DNA of 63,811 nucleotides, filler included, from Chrysochromulina tobinii (Eukaryota): NCBI GenBank assembly GCA_001275005.1. It is 6 parts of 6 records of this genome, joined end to end, with 100 filler letters (N's around TTAATTAATTAA, not from the genome) between each part and the next. Parts side by side here need not be neighbours in the genome. Positions count along the whole stretch, not along the records: positions 29,960 to 45,462 come from JWZX01001294.1; 5 more parts are not named here. The stretch is one strand, 5' to 3'. The translations under genes were made by a program, and so were the position numbers. Each line of letters begins with the position of its first letter. Position 1 is the first letter of the stretch. Below the pieces are notes generated by a model. It was given only the letters and a program-made list of their open reading frames with translations, was not told where the DNA came from and ran no database searches. Positions 31,765 through 43,377 of the stretch are shown here, piece by piece.

Positions 31765-32475
31765 TTACTCCTCTGCGACAGCAACGGGGGTGGCCTCAAG
31801 GGGAGGCAGCACTGGCGCCGGCTCCGCCCCACTGGCCACCTTCTCCTTGTACTCAAGGGCGGGCTTGTCGGGGTAGCCGCATGCCTCGGGGACCGCCTCG
31901 TCGACCTGGCTCATGATGTACGCCAGGTTGCGGTCAAACTGAGACACCGAGCGCATCTCGAGCTTCGAGCCGTCCTTGAGCGTAAAGACCATGTCGCCGG
32001 CAGCGCCCCCGTACCTCCGCAGCCATTTCACGTCGTACACCTCGCGCCAGAGGATCTGCACCACATCCTTGCCCTGGAACCCTGAGGCCACCTCGATGCG
32101 CCGGTTGGTGATCTTGTACCGCGTCCACGCCTGGCGCGCGAGTGATGCCGTGAACGGGATCACGCCGACCACGGTGAAGAGCGAAAGGCCGGGGATGAGA
32201 GTCTCGGTCATCGACGGCGGCCCCTCGAAGAAGGTCTGCTCGGGAGCGATCAGGGTCGATGTAGCCGGGCCTTTGACCTTCTCCTTGGGCTCCTTCGACT
32301 TTTTCGGGCGCGCCTTGGCCATCGGGTCCGGGTTGTATGCGGCACGGATCGCGGCTGGCGCCACGCGGGCCGGCATGGCCGCGAGGGCTGCCGAGCGCGG
32401 CGTCGTAGCCGCGCCCGAGAGAGCAAACGAGGCGGCGCCTGAGAGCGTGCACGTCGCGACGAGGAAGAGCTTCAT
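31765..32475 (-). CDS. Plastid-targeted bacterial-type PH (bPH_2, membrane-flanked) domain protein
   Basis: Signal peptide ending AASF. E..FFEGPP, two hydrophobic segments, then RYKITNRRIEVASG and GDMVFTLKDGSKLEMRSV, as I recall from cyanobacterial bPH_2 proteins. Confidence 0.8.
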   Translation of the reverse strand: MKLFLVATCTLSGAASFALSGAATTPRSAALAAMPARVAPAAIRAAYNPDPMAKARPKKSKEPKEKVKGPATSTLIAPEQTFFEGPPSMTETLIPGLSLFTVVGVIPFTASLARQAWTRYKITNRRIEVASGFQGKDVVQILWREVYDVKWLRRYGGAAGDMVFTLKDGSKLEMRSVSQFDRNLAYIMSQVDEAVPEACGYPDKPALEYKEKVASGAEPAPVLPPLEATPVAVAEE

Positions 32476-32724
32476 ATGGCAGATGGAGAAGATTTTTGTG
32501 CGACGAAGGACTCGGTCCACGGCGAGACGAGCGAGAGATGAGTCCGGAGGAATTGCGGGGGGATCTTTCCAAGAAATTTCTTTTGCAGACCCTCGGGCAC
32601 GGCATGCACGTGAGAGAAAAGTAGGCGAGCACACACGATGGAGACGCCCAATTCTGTGGCCGGTCCCGTCGTAAATCTCAATGTCAGATCCGCGAGGTCT
32701 CTATGGCGCAAACGTTCTCCGCTT

Positions 32725-33303
32725 CTAAGGACACAGCTCGGCAGCGCTTGGTCGCGGTGTGGGGCGCAAACGCCGACTATGGGCGAGTAGCGTCCGTCCC
32801 ACGGCCAGACCTCCGACGACCGCGGCACACACGCCAATGTTGAACGTCATTACCAGCAACATCAAGGCGAAGTTCAGGCTGATGGACAACGCATGCAGGC
32901 CGAAAGCGCGTACAGAACCAGTTAGCCACGGAGCGCTAGATGATCGCACGCTATCATAGAACGGCGTGTCGGAGGAAGCGTCCTCGTCGGCGTCCACTGC
33001 GCTGCCATGCGACCGGAGCAGCGGAGGCGCAGCGAGGGCGGCTCGCGCGGAAAGAACATCTGAAGCGGCCGCCAGCGTGAAGATGATCGCGAGTGAAATC
33101 GCGTAGGTCGCCGGCGTCGACGGGTGCCACCACGAGAACAATAGGAGGCCGGGATCCCACGAGAATTGCAAGCCGCCACCGCGGCTGGCATGATCGAATC
33201 TGCTGGATCCACCCAACGCCGCATGGCTGTGGTGGTGGAGTGACTGCACATTGTCGGCCACTGCGTGCTGGAGCTCAAGCGTTCTCGTCTGCTCCGTCAA
33301 CAT
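32725..33303 (-). CDS. Ctr-family copper transporter
   Basis: His-rich N-terminus, LLFSWW, TM1, MLLVMTFN (MxxxM) and GLAVG (GxxxG). Confidence 0.87.
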   Translation of the reverse strand: MLTEQTRTLELQHAVADNVQSLHHHSHAALGGSSRFDHASRGGGLQFSWDPGLLLFSWWHPSTPATYAISLAIIFTLAAASDVLSARAALAAPPLLRSHGSAVDADEDASSDTPFYDSVRSSSAPWLTGSVRAFGLHALSISLNFALMLLVMTFNIGVCAAVVGGLAVGRTLLAHSRRLRPTPRPSAAELCP

Positions 33304-33529
33304 CTGCGCTCGTGTCTTAGACTATTCGTGCGCACAGGGTCGGTGGCGGAGGCACCTCCGCATATTACAAGTTCGCGATCCGTCCGACTCGCGCGAAAAG
33401 GTCGCTTTGCAAAATTGGAGGGACCCCTTATGGGAAAGACTTGAAGCGGAACGGGCTCCCTTGCGAGCGACGTGGAATGGTTCGTCATTCACATTCCAAT
33501 GAACGAGATGCTATCTCCGATTCGCGAAA

Positions 33530-35563
33530 ATGATGAACCTCTGTCTGCTCCGAGGAGTGGTCCTTCTGTCAGCGCTCCTGCTGTCCGAGTCGGCCGATGC
33601 CAGCAAGGCTGCGGTGCCGGTGGCGGCGGTGCCGTCGATGTCACACCGACGAGAGGCGGTGCTGCAGTCCTCTTCGCTGCAGTCCTCGCCGCTGTTGCGC
33701 CTTTCCGGCGGCAGCGTTAGCGGAGCCTCAGCCTTGCAGCAGCGGACAGCTGTACTCGCGCCGCGCGTCGTGCCTACGGAGCCGCACGAGGGCCAAAAGC
33801 CGGGAACTTCGGGTCTTCGCAAGAAGACGAAAGTCTTCCAGCGGCCAAACTACCTCGAAAACTTTGTGCAGTCCATCTTCGACTCGCTGCCTGAGGGTCA
33901 GCTAAACGGCGCGACGCTCGTCGTCTCTGGCGACGGTCGGTACCACAACGCGGCGGCCATCCAGACCATCTGCCAGATGGCTGCGGCCAATGGCGTGGCG
34001 CGCGTCTGGGTCGGCGTCGGTGGTCTGCTCTCGACTCCCGCCGTCTCCGCCGTCATCCGCGAGCGCGAGGGTGGCGTGGCTGTCGGCGGCATCGTGCTCA
34101 CGGCGTCGCATAACCCCGGCGGGCCGGACGAGGATTTCGGGATCAAGTACAACGTGCAGAATGGCGGACCCGCACTCGAAGCCTTCACCGACGCCGTGCA
34201 CAAGCGCACCAACACGCTCTCTGAATACCGCATCAGTGACCAGTTGCCCGAGGTGGACTTGAGCATAGCCGCCCGCCACGTGTTCACAGAGGTGACCGGC
34301 GAGGGCGCCGCCGCCGCCAAGCGCACCTTCGAGGTCGAGGTCATCGAGCCGACCGAGGACTACGTCGCGCTGCTCCGCCGCTGCTTTGACATGGACGCGA
34401 TCCGAACCTTACTGCGTCGTGAGGACATGTCCGTCGTCTTCGACGGCATGCATGGCGTCGCGGGCCCGTACGCGAAGGCGGTGCTCTGCGGCGAGCTCGG
34501 GCTGCCATCGAGCTGCCTGCACCACTGCGAACCCTCCGAGACCTTCAATGGCGGCCACCCGGACCCGAACCTCGTCTACGCTCATGAGCTCGTAGCCACG
34601 ATGGGCGTCACCGCTGCGGGCGGCGCGGCGCCGTCGGCATCCTCGGCACCCGTCTTCGGCGCGGCCGCCGACGGTGACGCGGACCGGAACATGATCCTCG
34701 GGCGCGGCTTCTTCGTCACGCCGTCCGATTCGCTCGCACTCATTGCCGCGCATGCGCACTTGATCCCGTGGTTCGCGAATGCGGGCGGGCTCAAGGCGGT
34801 CGCGCGCTCGATGCCTACGAGCGGTGCAGTCGACCGCGTCGCTGCCGCGCAGGGTCTCCCGTTCTTCGAGACACCGACCGGCTGGAAGTTTTTTGGCAAC
34901 CTCATGGATTCCCGCCTGCTCGGCGGCGCGACGCTCGACCCTCTCCTATGCGGGGAGGAGTCGTTTGGCACCGGCTCGAGCCACGTGCGTGAGAAGGATG
35001 GCCTTTGGGCCGTCCTCGCTTGGCTCACTATCCTCGCCGAGCACAACAGACAGACGCCGATCGGGGCGCTCGTCGGCGTCGGCGACATCGTGCGCCAGCA
35101 CTGGGCGCACTTCGGGCGCAACTATTACGCGCGGTACGACTACGAGGGAGTCGACGCGAACGGAGCTGCTCGTGTGCTCGAGCGACTACGGGGGGTGAGC
35201 GCCATGTTCACACTCGCCGGCCATGGGCCCGATCGGCCGCAGCCTCTCGGCACCTCGGGCTGCGCGCTCGCGACGGCGGATGAGTTCGAGTACCACGACC
35301 CCGTCGACAAGAGCGTGAGCAAGCGCCAGGGCGTGCGGCTGCTTTTTGCCGACGGCAGCCGCATCATCTTCCGCCTCTCTGGCACAGGATCGGTCGGGGC
35401 GACGATTCGAATCTACCTTGAGCGTTATATGCCCGCGACGGCGCCGGCCGAGCAACTCGCGCTCGAGACGGCGGATGCGCTCGCGCCGCTCATCAACCTC
35501 GCCCTCGAGCTCTCGCAGGTGCACGAGCTCACAGGACGCGACGCGCCCACCGTCATCACCTAA
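33530..35563 (+). CDS. PGM: Phosphoglucomutase with N-terminal signal/transit extension
   Basis: GQKPGTSGLRKK, TASHNPGG, DGDADR, ETPTGWKFF, CGEESFGTGS, RLSGTGS, PTVIT end. Confidence 0.96.
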   Translation: MMNLCLLRGVVLLSALLLSESADASKAAVPVAAVPSMSHRREAVLQSSSLQSSPLLRLSGGSVSGASALQQRTAVLAPRVVPTEPHEGQKPGTSGLRKKTKVFQRPNYLENFVQSIFDSLPEGQLNGATLVVSGDGRYHNAAAIQTICQMAAANGVARVWVGVGGLLSTPAVSAVIREREGGVAVGGIVLTASHNPGGPDEDFGIKYNVQNGGPALEAFTDAVHKRTNTLSEYRISDQLPEVDLSIAARHVFTEVTGEGAAAAKRTFEVEVIEPTEDYVALLRRCFDMDAIRTLLRREDMSVVFDGMHGVAGPYAKAVLCGELGLPSSCLHHCEPSETFNGGHPDPNLVYAHELVATMGVTAAGGAAPSASSAPVFGAAADGDADRNMILGRGFFVTPSDSLALIAAHAHLIPWFANAGGLKAVARSMPTSGAVDRVAAAQGLPFFETPTGWKFFGNLMDSRLLGGATLDPLLCGEESFGTGSSHVREKDGLWAVLAWLTILAEHNRQTPIGALVGVGDIVRQHWAHFGRNYYARYDYEGVDANGAARVLERLRGVSAMFTLAGHGPDRPQPLGTSGCALATADEFEYHDPVDKSVSKRQGVRLLFADGSRIIFRLSGTGSVGATIRIYLERYMPATAPAEQLALETADALAPLINLALELSQVHELTGRDAPTVIT

Positions 35564-36253
35564 GGAGCTCACCACGGCGCTCAACCTGTACGCGCGCGAG
35601 AGAGCGAGCGAGCGACGGTGCGCTACTGGCCACGTGGCCGGTGCGTGGTTTCAGACGCATGCTGACAGTAGGTACGGGGTGGGTGAGCGCATGACTCACA
35701 GGAGGCGTTGGATGACGAGCGGATCGGGCATGATCGCGGATGAGCGAGATCAACGCGCCCAGATCTCGCTCTCCGCAGCTCGGAGTGAGCTAGGCGGGTC
35801 GATGTCGGGCTCGTTGTCGGTGGGTCGCACCGCTCGCCCAGAATGTTTCCGATGGCCAGTTCATGTCACATGTGGCACATGCCGGGCGTGTAGCGGCGGG
35901 GGGCGGATCTCGGCTCGGTCTATTTGAGCTCCGCCGCGGGCCGATCCCGGCCGGATCTCGCGTCCGACACGAACAAGGATCCACGTATACCACGACGGAC
36001 ATTCAAATCATGAATAGCATCGTGCCCGCGCGGCCCGGGTTCAAAAATAATCAGCATGCAACTTGCAAGTCATATCTCCACACTTACTACATACTGTGTG
36101 GTGTGGCTGTCGGGCGCGCCCAACATCAAAGCTCAAAGGCGCTTCCTGTAGCGCGCGCTAAGGCACTCTGGCACTTGGGTCCTCGTGTGCACGGCATGGC
36201 GCACGCGCCATGCTCAGAGAATGGTCGCGGGCGGCGGACGGGTGGAGGAGCGC

Positions 36254-37018
36254 CTAGAAGGTGATGCCGTGCGAGAAGTCGAACTCAAAGGGCGCCATCA
36301 CATCGTACGACATGGGCGGGATGATGCCCTTCAAGAACGGCACGGAGCCCGGCACTTTGCCCTCCGAGAGGAAGCCAAACAGGCCGATCTGGGCGAGGCG
36401 GCCGTTGTTGAGCTCGACGAGCAGCCCGCGCTCCTTCTGCGCCGGCGTCTTGTTCATGGACCACTTGAGCGGGTCGTACAGGTTGAGGCCAATCCAGTGC
36501 GGCAGCTGGTCGGGCGTCGCGTCAAAGGGGGGCACGTAGCCGGGCTTGCCGCCCTTCATGTAGTGCTTGTCGCCTGGAATCAAGCGCAACTCGGACCACC
36601 ACTCGAGGAAGCCGATGCCCAGCACGATCTGAAGCTTCGCCGCATCAGGAAGGTTGTGCCACAGCTCAGGTGCGGAGACCTTGCCGCACAGCTCGTCGCC
36701 TGGGGTGTGCCACGGGAAGTGGATGCCGTTCGCGTGCACGATGTAACCGACGAAGCCGGCCATGGCGACGCGGCCGTGCTTGATCTCGGCGTGGCGGAGC
36801 CAGCCGATCGACGCCTCGTTGGAGTAGTCCCACAGGGTTGCATCGGAGAGTTTCATCGGGTCCCAGAAGCCGACAGCGGGGTTGAGCTTGTTCGCGAGCG
36901 TCGCGAGGTCGCCCTTGGTCTCCATCACGACCGCGGACGCGCGCGCGGCTGGAGCCACATGCGCGAGCGGGGCGGCCGGTGCGAAGGAAGCAGAGGCAGC
37001 GAAGAGGGCCAGCGCCAT
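36254..37018 (-). CDS. Fucoxanthin-chlorophyll a/c light-harvesting protein (LHC family)
   Basis: ASFAP presequence; GFWDP, WLRHAEIKHGRVAM, ELNNGRLAQIG. Confidence 0.95.
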   Translation of the reverse strand: MALALFAASASFAPAAPLAHVAPAARASAVVMETKGDLATLANKLNPAVGFWDPMKLSDATLWDYSNEASIGWLRHAEIKHGRVAMAGFVGYIVHANGIHFPWHTPGDELCGKVSAPELWHNLPDAAKLQIVLGIGFLEWWSELRLIPGDKHYMKGGKPGYVPPFDATPDQLPHWIGLNLYDPLKWSMNKTPAQKERGLLVELNNGRLAQIGLFGFLSEGKVPGSVPFLKGIIPPMSYDVMAPFEFDFSHGITF

Positions 37019-37218
37019 AATGAACGATCTCGCTGGGGAAATTAACAAAACAATTTGTGGTTACGCCCTGAGTCGCCCGGCTGTGGGGAAGTCACACTCC
37101 TCGACAGCCAATAGGACAGCATCGACAGCTCGGCTTGGCGAGGCATGGCTTGTACATTGTACCTTGGCTTGACCAGCTTTTGAACTCGCGTGAAACATGA
37201 ATTCCCAGACAAACTGGC

Positions 37219-40200
37219 ATGAAACACATCATGAAGCACGCCCTCGTGACGGCATTTCCGAACGCAACGGCGGACGCCGACGCCTCTCCGCCCAGCCTGT
37301 CTCCGGAGCTAGTTGCGTCGGTGACCGTCGTCGCCATCATCGAGGAGCTGCACTCGACCGAGGAAGCGTTTGTCGGTGACCTGTTCACGATGGTCAATAC
37401 ATACCTCGGACCACTACGTGAGAGGCACGTGTGCGATGAGGTCGAGCTCCGCAACCTCTTTAGCAACGGCGAGTCGCTGCTGCAGACGCACCAGGCGCTC
37501 TTGCAGCAGCTGCCGACTGTGCGCCGGCTCTCGAGCGTCGGCCGCAACGCAGAGACCAGAGAGCGCGAGCGCAATGAGCTGACAAGGTGTCTCAAGGGTA
37601 CGGTGGGCGCGTTCATCGCGCTCGAGCCGTTTCTGCTTAACCATGCCGAGTTTGCCAGCAACTACGAGCATGTGGCGCTCGAGACGCACCGCGTGCTCGC
37701 GCAGCAGCCGGGCTTTGCACGCTTCTGCCATGAGGCGGAGCAGGCGGGCGCGCTCTCGCTGCAGGCGCTGCTCGTCCGTCCGATCGAGCGGCTTTGCACG
37801 TACCCGCGCCTCTTCGAGCGCCTCAAGAAGGCCGCTGTAGCCGCCCAGTTGGGCGGTCTCAGCCAGAACGACGAGACGCTCGACGAGCTCCGAGTCGATC
37901 CGATTTCGTCAGAGGAGAGCTCGCTCGAGGAGGCGGACACCCTAATCAAGAGATTAGCCACGCGCGTGCGGGCGGCGGCGCCGACGGCAACGACGCGAAC
38001 GGGCGGCGGCGGCGGCGACGCGCTGATCGAACAGATGAGCCGCGCTGATGAGGCTGATCGAACTCGTCTGTGGGCCCCCGACGAGCGTGCTCCCCACATC
38101 GGTACCTCATCAATCGGATCGGACTTGCAATCGGTGGTCGACATGCGCGTCGCCGCTGCCGTGGCGCGCGCGCGTGAGGGCAACAAGCGGCGCACAAGCG
38201 GCGAACCGCCCAGCCCCGCCGCCGCCCCCGGCTCCGCCCCCAAGCGTCGCCTCTCGACGCCTGCATCGCTAGCCGCGGCGGCGCTGGCTTTGCGTCCCCG
38301 AAAAGTGGTGTGGAAGATGCAATCTCCGCTCAATCTTCTCAGCCGCCGGAGCTCGCGCGGCGCGCCCTCCAGTGTGCCCACCACCCCGCCTCGGCGCGCC
38401 CTCGACCCCGGCTCGCCTACTTCGTCACACGTTGCCGATGAGACGTCCGTGGGTGCCGAACGTGACAAGCTCGAGCGCCTGCAGCTCGATCTCACGCGAT
38501 CTCCACCGGCCACCGACACGCTCGCTCACGCCTTCGCCACGCCGCCGCCGCCGAAACCGCTCGACCCGACGGCGAAGCTGTTGCTCTCGGCAGCGCGCCG
38601 GCTGACCGCACAGATGGAGGCCGCCGCGCCAGAGGGGGGTGACGAAGCCACTGCAACGGCTGCCGAGTCGCCGCCGCGCCGCGCGGGGATCCGAGCGACC
38701 TCGCGAGCGGCCTCCCGAGGAGGAGCTACACTGCCAGAGTCGATGGGCGCGGCCGCGGCGCGCGGTGACGTGGCTGCAGTGATGGCATGGCTCGATGATG
38801 GTGGCGACGTGGACGCGACGATGGACGAGGCGGGTGGCGCACTGCGCGACGCGTCGATGCTGCTGCGTGCGAGTGCATGCGGCCACGTGGCGCTCGTCGC
38901 GGCGCTACTGCAGCGCGCCGCTGACGTCGAGCTCTCGAATAGCCGCGGCGGCACTCCACTCATGCTCGCGTCCCTCCACGGCCATCTGCCCGTTGTGGAG
39001 GTCCTACTGAGCCACGGGGCCCTCGTCGACCGTTTAGACGCAAAGGGCTACGCGGCAGCCCACTTTGCAGAGCTTGGCGGGCATGCAGAGGTCGCGCGAC
39101 GGCTGCGGTGCGCAGGGCCGCCGCCGACTGAGTCACCGCTACGGCGCCTCGAGGCTGTCTATGCGAGGCGGACCGGTAAGGCCGACGCCGCCGTGCCGGG
39201 CGCCCCCTCAGCCTCCCCCTCACCCCCCTCCCCCAGCTCGGCCTCCCCCAGCTCGGCCAAGAGGATACCGGCAGCCAAGGTGATTGCCTTGCCGGCCGCC
39301 CATCCTGTCGGCGACGGCAAGCGCGCGCCCCGCGTCATCGAGGTGGTCAGTGTCTCGCCTGCCCGGCTCGCTCCCGTGCCCGCGCCGGCCGCCACCCCTG
39401 TCGGCGACGGCAAGCGCGCGCCCCGCGTCATCGAGGTGGTCAGTGTCTCGCCGGCCAAGCCGCCGGCGCCGGCGCCAGCACCGCCACCCAAAAGGGCCCC
39501 GGCGGCCGATCCGCTGACGGCGATGTTAGAGGCGGAGATGGCGTCGGCGACGGAGGTGGTGGTGAGGGCGGTGCCCACAGCGACGGAGGGGGAGGAGGAG
39601 GTGGTGAGGGCAATGCCCATGATACTAACGGCTGCTGCGATTGAGAGCGACTCCGACTCCGATGACGACAACGACGATGACGATCAGCTCGTCCAGGCGG
39701 CGCAGGCGGCGCTGCTGAGCGCATGGTCGTCCTGCGGCCCGCGCGAGCGCAAGTTACCGCAGCCAGTCGAGATATTGGACCCCGCGGCGATCGCGCGCGA
39801 GGCGATTTTGTTTGATCAAATCGCCGAGCCGCCGATGAGTCCGAAACTCGTCCCGTCGCTGAAACCGATCCTCGAGAGCGATGACAATTATGAAGAGGAA
39901 CCGCATATGAGACTGACGAAGGTGTCTGCCACGGCCGCCGCTCGGCCCGCCTTGAGGGTCCCAGTGCCGGCACCGGCATCTTCGCCGGCCGCCTCCCCTG
40001 TCGGCGACGGCAAGCGCGCGCCCCGCGTCATCGAGGTGGTCAGTGTCTCGCCTGCCCGGCTCGCTCCCGTGCCCACGCCGGCCGCCTCCCCAGTCGGCGA
40101 CGGCAAGCGCGCGCCCCGCGTCATCGAGGTGGTCAGTGTCTCGCCTGCCCGGCTCGCTCCCGTACCCGCGCCGGCCGCCTCCCCAGTCGGCGACGGCAAG

Positions 40201-42649
40201 CGCGCGCCCCGCGTCATCGAGGTGGTCAGTGTCTCGCCAGCCAAGCCGCCGCCGACCACGCCGCCGGCGCCGTCCGCCGCCGACGCTGACTGGGAGTACT
40301 ATTCGCACGTCTCTCGCCCAGTCGAGCTCTCGGACCCTATCGCGGTCGCGCGAGAGGCGCTCGCTTTTGATGAGGTCGAGCCGCCGCAGAGCCCGAAATT
40401 GGTGCCGTCGCTCAGACCAATCCTTGAGGATGAAGAGGAGCCGCTCACGCGACCGATGAGCCCCATTGCCGAGTCATCTGCGGACTTTTGGGATCAGTCC
40501 ACTACGGACGGCGGCAGGGAGCAGGGCTCGAAGGAGCCTCTCACGCCCACTCACACCGACCCCGCGCCGCCGCCCAGCACACCCCCCCTCACGCCCCCTC
40601 ACACCGACCCGGCGCCGCCGCCCAGCACACCCCCCCTCACGCCCCCTCACACCGACCCGGCGCCGCCGCCGAGCACTCCCCCGCTGTCGCTACGCACACT
40701 CAACCTGCCGAGCACCCGGGATCAAGAGCCGCCACCGACGGATCCCCGCATGAACCCGAGCGCTTGCTTCGCTCTCTCGCCTGCACCGCCTCCACCTCCT
40801 CGACACAAGCATGATGTGGCCGAGCAGCTCATGGTGCTGGCACAGGCGCCGGCGCAGGAGCCGGCACAGGCCCTGGCACCGGCACTTGTGATCGAGGAGA
40901 CAGGGGCGCCCGCCGCCCGTGCGGCGCCGCCGCTGTCGGCGTTACAGGTGGTCGATGATGAGGCACAGATGCCCACGAAGCTGTCGCCCGCGCCCGAGCC
41001 CATGCTTGATACGGCGCCCGAGCCCGACACGGCGCCCGAGCCCATGCTTGATACGGCGCCTTTGCCCGACACGGCGCCTGTGCCCATGCTTGAAACGGCA
41101 TCTGCGCCCGACACGGCGCCCGAGCCCATGCTTGATACGGCGCCCGAGCCCGACGCCATGGCCGCCGCGGCCGCCGATCTCGAGGCAGCCAAGAAGGAGG
41201 CGGCGGCCAAGAGGGAGAAGGCGGAAGCCATGGCCTTCGCCGCAGCAGCCGAGCTTGAGGCGGCGAAAGCGGAGGCGTCTGCCAAGGCTGCCGCGGCTCT
41301 CGCGGTGGCGAAAGCCGAGGCGGCGGCCAAGGCTGAAGCCTTAACGGCCGCTCGTGCTGCGCTTGAACCTGCGCTCGGTACGGCGCTTGAACCTGCGCTC
41401 GGTACGGCGCTTGAACCCGCGCTCGGTACGGCGCACGCGCTGGCTCGAGAAGGTCCGCCGAGCGCAGGTTCAAGCGCGTCGTGGTCCAAGCGCGTCGTGA
41501 TGATGCCGGCCAGCCCGAGCGTCTTTGCTGGTGTGCCGCCGAGTCCGGATGGACGCGGCGGCTTCCGACCGAGCGACGGATTCCGTGTCGCCGTACGCCG
41601 CGACTTTGCGCGGGCGGCGTTCGTTCCAGCGGAGGGCCTCGCGGCTTCGACAGCCGCCACGCTAGGTGCGGCCTCGGCGGCCGAGCCTGCGGCGGCGACG
41701 CTCGCGGCGCAGGACGAGGCGCCCGCCACGGCGCCCGCCGCGGCTCCTCCACCCGCACGGAGAGCTTCCAGCGTGCTGCTGGAGGCGCCGGCTGTGGCGC
41801 GAGCCGCTGACGTGGCCGCGCAGCAACCGATAGGGAGCCGTCGGGGGAGCTTCCCGCCCCCGCCCCGGCCCGTCTCTCCGCAGCGCCCGCCACGGCGCCT
41901 CGCCTTCGGCATGCTATCCTCCTCGCCGCCGCCTCCGGGGGGAGATGGAGGGGCAGATGGAGGGGGGGGCCAAGGCCGAGATGGCGCACGCCAACGGCCA
42001 CTTGCCAACCCTCGCTTATAGCTTCCCGTCGCCACCCTCGGCTCCCCCCTCGGCACAGCCCGCCAGGGAATCGCCGAACAAGATGGCGCTCCCCAGCCCC
42101 GCCGGCGCCGTCCCGAGCGCCGACCCGAGCGCCGTCGCGAGCGCCAAGAGCCCCCTCGAGTCCTTCCTCGAGCATTATAAGCTCGATCGCATGGTCCTGT
42201 GCCTCGGTCCTGGCCAGCAAGAGGCGCTCATTCGCCAGCCCACGTTTGGGCAGAGTGCGCTGCCGGATGAGCAGCGCGACGGTGCGGCCGATGGTGCGGC
42301 GAACGGCGCGACGAAGACCGACGAATGGCTCGGCGGCCAGAGCGACTGGCTGGGACACAAGAGGATGGCGACGCTCCCCTCATCTCTCTCGGCGGCCGCC
42401 CGTAACCAATCCCCGACGAACCCGACGAACCCGACGAACCCGACGAACCCGACAAGCAGCCATCGCTTGCGCAGTGGCTCGGTCAACCCGGTCAGCCCAA
42501 TACGCGCCGCCTCGCTCATACTGCAGCGCGAGTCCACAATGCAGCGCGAGTCCACGGCCCTCCGGGGCTCGGACCTGTACGGGACGGTGCGTCAACGGCT
42601 CCGGCGCGTCGAGAGTTTCCCGGCGCCGCTCAAGACCAGTAGTGAGTAG
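37219..42649 (+). CDS. RhoGEF (DH) + ankyrin-repeat protein with long repetitive Pro/Ala-rich tail; probable frameshift at G6 41937-41942
   Basis: DH: IIEELHSTEEAFVGDL...LFSN...LLVRPIERLCTYPRLF. Ankyrin: GGTPLMLASLHGHLPVVEVLL. The main ORF stops at 42021; removing one G joins it to ORF 41945-42649. Confidence 0.8.
39304..40245 (+). repeat. Coding 93-bp minisatellite (PVGDGKRAPRVIEVVSVSPA) x5 in two blocks
   Basis: Near-identical copies start at 39304, 39397, 39997, 40090 and 40183. Confidence 0.92.
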
Positions 42650-43377
42650 TCCGGGGGCCAGAGACCAGAGACAGAGCCCCCCGGGGGGCAGCAGAGACCA
42701 GAGCCCACAGCCCCCGGGGCCAGAGACCAGAGACCAGAGCCCACAGGCCCCGCCACAGGGAGTCGCCACTTGCCTTAGTACAGTAGGCGAAAAGCCCCGC
42801 GGGCGCCCGATGACGGGAGCTCCCTCATGTGCGCCACGTCATGTGGCGAGACCGGTGGCGCGGAGGCGCGGAATTAGCATGGGAATTAGATTTAGCCACG
42901 TTCAACGGGTAGACGAGAGGCCGTGGCCGAGGCCGTATTTGCGGCCTGGAACGCTGGTGCGCACGCCGCACCCCGCTTGACGCGCTCGCCGCTCGCGCGG
43001 TGTTCGAAATTCGACGTGCCGCGCCGGTGTAACGTGAGTGCGCGACTGAGTGCCCGGCCCGGGAGTGGCCGCGCGTCCGCAGAGTCCGCAGCGCACAACC
43101 ACAAGTCTTACCACAAGTCACTATGGCTTGCATGGTATCGCATGACCATAATGCGCGATGCCCTACTTCACTCTAAGCATAAATAACAATGGTACAATGC
43201 CTGGGTCGCCAGGCAGCCCCCACCGGAGTGCAAATGTACAAGAGAGAGGGCGTCTCTTCCCCCCGCCCATCGACCAACGCTAGACTGCGTTCTTGGCGGG
43301 CTACAGTGGACCACCCTCGCGTCCACCGCTCCACCCTCTTGCCCTGCTGCCGAGCGTTTTCAAATGAGGCGACTGCT

